DNA from: Octopus vulgaris
Taxonomy: Eukaryota
DNA length: 64,000 bases
NCBI GenBank assembly: GCA_951406725.2
Contig: OX597833.1
Coordinates: 51,646,001 to 51,710,000, forward strand
Direction of reading: 5' to 3'
Positions 55,782 through 64,000 of the stretch are shown one piece after another (within the stretch, counting starts at the first letter, position 1; each line of letters begins with the position of its first letter). The notes under the pieces are model-generated. The model had not been told where the DNA came from and searched no databases. It saw nothing but the letters and a program-made list of their open reading frames with translations. Made by a program: the position numbers and the translations under genes.

Positions 55782-56310
55782 GGCCAATCTACTCCACTGC
55801 ATGTAACTTCAATCGTTTCATACACAGGAGGAAATGTCTGAGATAACCAGAAATTAATTAGCGGCTTATCCATTAATGAATACAACAGATATTCCAATTA
55901 TTGCCTAGCCACAACTTGTGACGAATTTCGAATTTTCTAATAACTAAGTTTGCCAGCAAATACGGATTTTGGTGCCGGCCTTTCGTTCCGGGTTTCACCG
56001 GAGGCTTTGATCGTCAATTCAGAGGATACGATAGTACATTTACTTCCAGTCAACTATTCAGTATTCTTATTATATATTTGATATTTGTTTCTTTTGTTTC
56101 GTTCAATTTTTGTGTTGTATGGGGTTAGCTATTTGTTTCATTAACAACATGAATGCATAATAATTGCATTGAGTAAATTTGTATGAACACATATTTTACA
56201 CGTGTTTAGAAGTTTAGTAAAAAACACACACGAAGTGGAGACATGTAATTAGACAGTTTGCTAGACTGGAATATACATACATATATGCAGGCATACACAC
56301 ACAAACACAC

Positions 56311-56361
<51 letters not shown>

Positions 56362-56616
56362 GTATGTATATGTATGTGTGTGTATACAGACACACACACT
56401 ACACACAAAAGGTAGATAGATATTGAGGTGTAGATAAATGAACGTATACATGCATATTCATACCTATATACATGCCTATGCATGCATGTGTATATGCATA
56501 TCCACCCCTACACACATATGTACATATACATGTATGTATTTATCCACTTACATAATACATATATACAGACATACATGTGTATGCATATCTGTCTGTCTAT
56601 CTGTCTATCTATCTAC

Positions 56617-56680
<64 letters not shown>

Positions 56681-56683
56681 ATA

Positions 56684-56720
<37 letters not shown>

Positions 56721-56723
<3 letters not shown>

Positions 56724-56867
56724 CGCCTGAGTGGCTGAGTGGTAAGTAGCTTGCTTACGAACCACATGGTTCGGGGTTCAGTCCCACTGCATTGCGCCTA
56801 TGGCAAGTGTTTTCTACTATAGCCTTATGAGTGGATTTGGTAGACGGAAACTTGAAAGAAACCCGTC

Positions 56868-56917
<50 letters not shown>

Positions 56918-57096
56918 GTTTGTGTGTCTGTGTTTGTACTCCCAACATCTGGTGTGTTTACGTTCCCGTCATTTAGCCGAGCGGTTCAGCAAGAGAAACT
57001 GAAAGAATAAGGACTAAGCTTACAAATGATACGTCCTGGGGTCGATTTGCTTGCGTATATCCGCAGTCAAATGACTGAAACAAATAAAAGAATAAA
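56721..57096 (+). mobile_element. SINE family A with small deletions
   Basis: Homology to other copies. Confidence 0.88.
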
Positions 57097-57101
57097 GGAA
57101 C

Positions 57102-57180
<79 letters not shown>

Positions 57181-57182
57181 AC

Positions 57183-57215
<33 letters not shown>

Positions 57216-57218
57216 TAT

Positions 57219-57325
57219 AACGTTAAAGACTTGTTTTATTTATATTTCCTGAGCGCCATACTAATACAATTGTTCGTTTGTTTTCCACTGCCTTCGTCTT
57301 TTGTTTATTTTCATAAAGCTTCCCG

Positions 57326-57327
<2 letters not shown>
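57219..57327 (+). mobile_element. Truncated copy of the hammerhead-bearing repeat in (TA)n
   Basis: Nearly identical to 58755-58863; starts at aacgttaaagac. Confidence 0.8.
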
Positions 57328-57387
<60 letters not shown>

Positions 57388-57453
57388 AATATATATTTAA
57401 AAGTATATATATATATATGCATACACATACATGTATATATATATATATATACA

Positions 57454-57493
<40 letters not shown>

Positions 57494-57770
57494 TATGTGT
57501 ACAGATAGATAGATAGATAGATAGATGAACAGCAAGAGGTAAAAAGAGCGATATCCGCTGGTCACGTGTGAGCAACGAGAGAGTCAAAGAGGAATAGTGA
57601 GGAAGAGAAAAGAAGAGAAAAAAATGAAGGGGAGGAGAAGAAAAACAGAAAGAAGGCGCTCTTGTACAACTGAAAACCGAATGTCTTTTTGGTCAGTTGA
57701 AAGCAGTTTGGGCACAAACTTTGCAGGCACGCACTCATAGCCAAATCTTCAGGGATAATGGACTGAACAT

Positions 57771-58182
57771 AGGCGCAGGAGTGGCTGTGTGGTAAGTAGC
57801 TTGCTAACCAACCACATGGTTCCGGGTTCAATCCCACTGCGTGGTACCTTGGGCAAGTGTCTTCTGCTATAGCCTCGGGCCGACCAAAGCCTTGTGAGTG
57901 GATTTGGTAGACGGAAACTGAAAGAAGCCTGTCGTATATATTTATATATATATATGTATGTGTGTTTGTTTGTGTGTCTGTGTTTGTCCTCCTAGCATTG
58001 CTTGACAACCGATGCTGGTGTGTTTACGTCCCCGTCACTTAGCGATTCGGCAAAAAGAGACCGATAGAATAAGTACTGGGCTTACAAAAAAAAAGAATAA
58101 ATCCCGGGGTCGAGTTGCTCGACTAAAGGCGGTGCTCCAGCATGGCCGCAGTCAAATGACTGAAACAAGTAAAGAGAGAGAG
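57771..58182 (+). mobile_element. SINE family A
   Basis: Homology to other copies. Confidence 0.92.
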
Positions 58183-58183
58183 T

Positions 58184-58655
58184 AACTGAACCCTAACTAA
58201 TCTGCACATTCTCTGATAACTCCCGAATGGTGATTCGACGCTTCGTCTCACAGCTGCACGCACAACTGTGATGTTTTTTCTCAGTTCTACTTGTTGCGGG
58301 TTTCCCCTGAACGTTCGTCAGTATCGACAGTTTTGGAAGCATCTAAACCACGCGTACGGTTGTGTGTAGCTCGTGCACTCCCGTCCATGCACTTTCTTCA
58401 ACTTTGCGTAGGCCTCTGAGCTTGTATGGCCATGACAGCTTTCTCTGTCATGGTCAATGCGACGATCACACGCTAAACACGTTCCTTCAAAGCACTGTTG
58501 TAAACAGCGGAAGTAATCCAGAACGTTAAAACCTAGTGCGCATGCACAGCAGCGTTGAAGGTCGATCTGTACTAGCGGCTTCACTCTGAGCGCTTTAGCT
58601 CCGCTTCTATGGCTACTATGGCAATGGTCCGGATTCTTATTGATCAGACCTCGTG
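58184..58655 (-). pseudogene. mariner 5' end: left TIR and decayed transposase N-terminal HTH region
   Basis: TIR-like cgaggtctgatcaataagaatccggac; SEAYAKLKKVHG...YAWFRCFQ...DERSG...ITIRELSENVQIS with frameshifts. Confidence 0.8.
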
Positions 58656-58680
58656 TGCGTGTGTGAGTATATATATAAAC

Positions 58681-58863
58681 GCATTTTTTTTCTCTCCTTG
58701 TTTCTTTCTGTGTTTCTTTTCTGTGTATCTTTCTGTTGAAGAGCGTAGGTTCGAAACGTAAAAGACTTGTTTTATTTATATTCCTGAGCGCCATACTATT
58801 ACAATTGTTTGTTTGTATTCCACCTGCCTTCGTCTTTTGTTTATTTTCATAAAGCTTCCCGTT
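58681..58863 (+). mobile_element. Hammerhead-bearing repeat (putative Penelope-like terminus)
   Basis: Homologous to 51212-51380 (-). Confidence 0.75.
58728..58765 (+). ncRNA. Minimal type-I hammerhead motif, CUGUUGA variant core
   Basis: TCTTT-CTGTTGA-A-GAGC-GTAG-GTTC-GAAA-CG-TA-AAAGA. Confidence 0.68.
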
Positions 58864-58944
58864 ATATATATATGAGTGAGTATTGTAGTTATATATATAT
58901 GAGTGAGTATTGTAGTTATATATATATGAGTGAGTATTGTAGTT
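58861..58944. repeat. 27-bp tandem repeat, three copies
   Basis: gttatatatatatgagtgagtattgta three times. Confidence 0.9.
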
Positions 58945-59049
58945 CCCTGGAATCATTGCGTATTGTTTGTGAAATGTAACGTGTCTTGAATGCTTTAACA
59001 ATGCAGAGTGGACTATAATAACTGTTAGAAATTATTTAATTATTCATAG

Positions 59050-59087
59050 TCTAATATTTCGGAATATAAAAATTCCTCCTTCAGAGA
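59050..59087 (-). ncRNA. Hammerhead-like motif with one core substitution (A9G)
   Basis: TCT-CTGAAGG-A-GGAAT-ttttat-ATTCC-GAAA-TA-TT-AGA. Confidence 0.45.
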
Positions 59088-59323
59088 TCGCTAGGAAGTA
59101 ACGGAGTCACAGTTATAGTCGGTTTTCTTATTCTTCTAACGGTTACTGAAACCTGTCGGAAGCGTTCCTGTAAGGGTCTCACGAAGTTCTTTCCGGAATT
59201 CCTCATGAGGTGTGCGTGAGGATAGACATGTCTTGAACTCGTGTGTGTTGGTATATTCATAGTTCTGTTTCCAAATTATATATTATATGTGAATTTTTCT
59301 TCATATGCTGTTTTGTTATATGA

Positions 59324-59745
59324 GCATGGCTCAGTGATTAGAGCGTCGAGCTTACGATCGTGAGGTTGTGAGCTCGAATTCCGGACCGGGCTGCGTGTTG
59401 TGTGTGAAGGCGCATGGCTCAGTGGTTAGAGCGTCGAATTTCGATCGTGAGGTTGTGAGCTCGAATCCCGGACCGGGCTGCGTGTTGCGTTCTTGAGTAA
59501 GGCACTTTATTTTTCACGTTGCTCCAGTTCACTCAGCTGTAGAAATGAGTTGCGACGTCACAGGTGCCAAGCTGTATCAACCTTTGTCTTTCCCTTGGAT
59601 AACACTGGTGGCGTGGAGAGGGAAGGCTGGTATGCATGGACGACTGCTGGCCTTCCATAAACAACCTTGCCCGGACTTGTGTCTAGGAGGGTAACTTTCT
59701 AGGTGCAATCCCATGGTCATTCATGACCGAAGGGGGTCTTTACCC
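59324..59745 (+). mobile_element. tRNA-derived SINE family D with duplicated head and 13-bp target-site duplication
   Basis: Heads at 59324-59403 and 59406-59490; ttatatgagcatg at 59316-59328 and 59746-59758. Confidence 0.9.
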
Positions 59746-59971
59746 TTATATGAGCATGTTATCATCGTTCGTGCAGGGTCGATGTTGTTAATTAAGATAG
59801 TGAGTGTTAATTTCCAACCTATTGTTAATTTGGGAAGACACCTAGCAAAGAAACGGTCAAGCGATAGCAATCAGTGCATACTAACTACCCCATCCGTGAC
59901 ACAGATTTATGCCAACGTGTACTAAAAGCGGAGCTTCGGCATGGCCGCAGTCAAATGGCAGAAACAAGTAA

Positions 59972-60029
<58 letters not shown>

Positions 60030-60032
<3 letters not shown>

Positions 60033-60438
60033 CGCAGGAGTGGCTGTGTGGTAAGTAGCTTGCTAACCAACCACATGGTTCCGGGTTCAGTCCCACTGCG
60101 TGGCATCTTGGGCAAGTGTCTTCTGTTATAGTCCCGGGCCGACCAATGCCTTGTGAGTGGATTTGGTAGACGGAAACTGAAAGAAGCCTGTCGTATATAT
60201 GTATATATATATATGTATGTATGTGTGTGTGTTTGTGTGTCTGTGTTTGTTCCCATAGCATTGCTTGACAACCGATGCTGGTGTGTTTACGTCCCCGTCA
60301 CTTAGCGGTTCGGCAAAAAGAGACCGATAGAATAAGTACTGGGCTTACAAAAAGAATAAGTCCCGGGGTCGAGTTGCTCGACTAAAGGCGGTGCTCCAGC
60401 ATGGCCGCAGTCAAATGACTGAAACAAGTAAAAGAGAA
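60030..60438 (+). mobile_element. SINE family A
   Basis: Homology to other copies. Confidence 0.92.
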
Positions 60439-60788
60439 TATATATATATAGATATAGATATAGATAGATAGATAGATGCGTATATACCTGCTGTGTACGC
60501 ATACATATGTGCATATATGTATATATAAATAATTACAGATATCTATGTTTATTTACATAAATATGATTGGGCGTATGAGTATACATGTGCCTGTGTATGT
60601 GTGTGTGAGCACGCGCTTTTATGTAGATGTATGTATAAATGTATATACGACCGCAAATCCTTACAAGAGCTGTTCGGTTGCAACACGCAACAGGCCGTAA
60701 ATCAAAACAAAATACAAAGGTCGAAAATAACACAGGAGTCAAAGTTTATCATCGTCATCATTCCTTCCTACGACCGCCATTATATCAA

Positions 60789-60843
<55 letters not shown>

Positions 60844-61082
60844 GCCATCATTATTATCTTTTATTATTATAATCGTTGTGAAGATCAGTAATTATGAGAA
60901 GTGTAAGCAATACGATAAGAGATCACCCTGTTAATGAATGAAAACAAAAACAAAAAAAAAAAATGGCAATGAACAGAGTCTAACTAAAATAACCAACACG
61001 AATTCCGCGGTCGAATAATAAACCTAAATATTGTCTGAGCAACGTAATAGAACATTACAATATATTAGGGTGTGTATCTATT

Positions 61083-61146
<64 letters not shown>

Positions 61147-61148
<2 letters not shown>

Positions 61149-61342
61149 TCTTTTACTCTTTTACTCTTTTAGTCTTTTATTTGTTTCAGTCGTTTGACTG
61201 TGGCCATACCGGAGCACCACCTTTAGTCAAGCAAATCGACCCCGGGATTTATTCTTTGTAAGCCTAGTACTTATTCTATCGCTCTCTTTTGCCGAACTGC
61301 TAAGTTACGGGGACGTAAACACACCAGCATCGGTTGTCAGAT

Positions 61343-61379
<37 letters not shown>

Positions 61380-61560
61380 CGCACACATACACATATATAT
61401 ATACATACATACGTCAGGCTTCTTTCAGTCTCCGTCTACCAAATCCACTTACAAGGCTTTGGTCGACCCGAGGCTATAGTAGAAGACACTTGCCCTAGGT
61501 GCCACGCAGTGGGACTGAACCCGGAACCATTTGGTTGGTAAATAAGCTACTCCTACGCCT
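61147..61560 (-). mobile_element. SINE family A
   Basis: Homology to other copies. Confidence 0.9.
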
Positions 61561-61569
61561 ATATATATA

Positions 61570-61966
61570 TCTTTATATATAAAAGAGAAGTTGTGTGTCT
61601 GTCTCCTCCGATTTAGATTCCTAACTACTCCCACATTTTGCGGTGCAGTTTAACCAAAACCGGGTATCTTATAGTCGTTATTCATATCGAGCCCTTCTGG
61701 GTATTAGTGCGCGTCTACGATAAGTCTACGATTTAAAAAAAAAATTACCATAATTTTTTTTCCATTTTAATGCATTTTTTTCGCTATTATATAAGAGAAG
61801 TAACTCTCTAAAAATGTCTACGATGAGTCAACGATTTAAAAAAATTTACCATCATTTGTTTTCCATTTTTAATGCATTTTTTGCTATTTTTTGGCTATAA
61901 CTCTCTAAAAATGCTTATATAGTTATTTCCCTTACAAACCCGAGCAACGCCGGGCGATACTGCTAG
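61570..61966 (+). mobile_element. Non-autonomous Helitron, complete
   Basis: A|TCtttatatataaaag...cccgagcaacgccggg hairpin...CTAG|T; internal ~105-bp duplication. Confidence 0.88.
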
Positions 61967-62375
61967 TATATATATATAGCATGAGTGAGATGCGAAGGTA
62001 AAAGAGGTTAAGAAGAGTAAAGAAGCAGAAGAACTGCAGAACTCTGAAAGTGTTACATGCGATATAATGAGTGACTTATAAAAGGAACATGGCTGTTTTT
62101 TTTTTTGTCGTTGCTGTTGTTGTTATTGTCATTGTCATTGTGGTTGATGTTGTTGGCTGCTCAACCCTGACCGAATAGATCTATGACTGAAGGCCTTGCA
62201 GCCAAATGGTTCTGACTATTCCTCGGACATTTTGCGCCAAGAATTATATTCAATTTTTAAAGTTACATTTACAGATTTTTTTATAGAAATAATTAGAGCC
62301 AGCACCGAAAGTTACGGCGTTTCGCATACGAATACGTCTTTGTAAACAATGCGATCAAAGCAAAATAGGTAATTG

Positions 62376-62422
62376 ATGTATATGGATATTTCAGGTGTTT
62401 TACTCCTTCTTCAGCACCACAT
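62376..62422 (-). ncRNA. Minimal type-I hammerhead ribozyme motif, canonical core
   Basis: ATGT-g-GTG-CTGAAGA-AGGAGT-aaa-ACACCT-GAAA-TA-TC-CAT-at-ACAT. Confidence 0.62.
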
Positions 62423-62611
62423 ACAACCAAGTAATCATTCACGAACATATTGCTTAAACGGACACAAATATTGAAAAGTAGTATAACCAGTTTTATTACA
62501 CTGCAAAAATTTCATGGCTATTTAAGTAATATTTTCGGGGATGTTTTTTTTCTTTCCAGATGAAACCCATTGGAATTAATGATGGCAGTCAGACTAAGAT
62601 ATGAACTTTTC

Positions 62612-63429
62612 AATGGAAAAGTTACGTTCCAAGATTAGTCCTTGCTTTTAATGACGATGATCCAGATCGAAGAGTGCAGTATTGCAAGTGGTACTTGGCA
62701 CGATGTGTAGAAGATGCACACTTTCCAACAAAGATTGTGTGGCGTGATGAGGCCACATTCAAAATAAATGGTTCAATTAACCGCCACAGTTGCACCTACT
62801 GGGGACCTGAGAATCCGCATGTTATGGTGGAACACCATGTTAATTTACCAGAAGTTACAGTGTGGTGTGGCTTATTATCAAGCGGATTAATTGAACCATT
62901 CTTTTTTTATGATACTGTGACTGGTCCCGTGTACTTGAACTTGCTGCAACAGTCTGCCATGCCAAGCATTAGAGAAGACTTTGAAGACGAGGAGTTTTAT
63001 TTTCAGCAAGTCGGGGCACCCCCACACCACCATCGCGATGTTAGATCCTTTCTTGATGATCCTGCAAAACAAGAGGATTGGACGAAGGGGTTTCTTTGAA
63101 CACCCTCCACGTTCAACAGACCTCACACCACTAGACTTTTCTTTTTTTGGAGATAGCAAAAAGACAAAGTCAACGCTATGAAACCTGCAACAGTCGCTGA
63201 TTTGAGAGCAGCCATTGAACGAGAATGCACACTAATACCAAACAAATTATTTCGTGATGTCTACTTCACGTTCTCCTCAATGCCTGGACCAGAACGGACG
63301 CCAGTTTGAAAACAGGCGTTGATAAAACAGTAAAAGAATGTCTGAATATTCTATTAAATTTTGAAAATGAAATGTATTTTAATAAACACCTACTTTACAA
63401 TTATTTAAAGAGTGTTTACAACATTTTTT

Positions 63430-63435
<6 letters not shown>
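62612..63435 (+). pseudogene. Tc1/mariner-superfamily transposase relic (about DD41D spacing) with partial right TIR
   Basis: [13 protein letters not shown]...VTVWCGL...FYFQQ(V)GAPPH...PPRSTDLTPLDF; frameshifts; second catalytic Asp mutated to Val. Confidence 0.88.
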
Positions 63436-63471
<36 letters not shown>

Positions 63472-63490
63472 ACATACATACATACATACA

Positions 63491-63526
<36 letters not shown>

Positions 63527-63538
63527 TATGATATAGAC

Positions 63539-63591
<53 letters not shown>

Positions 63592-63706
63592 TAGATATAG
63601 ATATAGATAAATACTCTTGTGCCTGGGGAGAGTCATTTTCTTTTTGTGCCTTATAATTTAACACACTCACCGGTAAAATTTTCCCTTATTTCTTATTTTT
63701 ATTTTC

Positions 63707-63743
63707 TTAAAATTTTCGTTGCGTCTTGCAACATTTTCAATAG
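63707..63743 (-). ncRNA. Hammerhead-like motif with candidate U3-A8 compensatory core
   Basis: CTA-TTGAAAA-T-GTTGC-aagac-GCAAC-GAAA-AT-TT-TAA. Confidence 0.35.
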
Positions 63744-64000
63744 TCTTCATGTATTCTTTTTATTCTTTTCAGCCATGCGGCTGCGGTCATGCTAGAGCTC
63801 CCGCGTGGAATATATGAAGAAATATGATTTCAAAATGAATGAATGCAAGCAAGGACGTTATAAATATTAGCACTGTTGTAGTTGCGAGCAATAAATATGA
63901 TAGCTATACCGGCAGCCCAATAACTTCAGCAGCAACAACAACACCAATAGCATTAAAAACATCCAATGGTCCTTTAGAACCTAGCACGCTTCTTTTAAAC

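Noticed and set aside
62545-62611. Strong splice acceptor ttttttttctttccag followed by ATG
   Set aside because: No convincing donor before the transposase relic, so no exon can be supported.

Overview
Non-coding, repeat-saturated animal genomic DNA. The repeat families and microsatellite load look like a cephalopod (Octopus-like) genome; this is recognition, not a database result. I can support no intact host gene, rRNA, true tRNA or CRISPR array, and nearly all ORF-track entries are microsatellite or SINE artefacts. The window holds at least five tRNA-derived SINE families (about 45 copies or fragments), a ~555-bp element found only inside (AAT)n tracts, and an internally deleted R4/Dong-like RLE retrotransposon ending in (TAA)n. 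It also holds RTE and CR1-like LINE 3' fragments, mariner, DD41D-like and pogo-like DNA transposon relics, non-autonomous Helitrons and several foldback palindromes. The most striking hidden signal is a set of about eight minimal type-I hammerhead-ribozyme-like motifs (plus one half motif) in several unrelated short repeats, probably Penelope-like element termini, several of them abutting (TA)n. They include a family with a fixed non-canonical CUGUNGA core (A6U) and a candidate U3-A8 compensatory core. Coordinates were read by eye and element ends are approximate.
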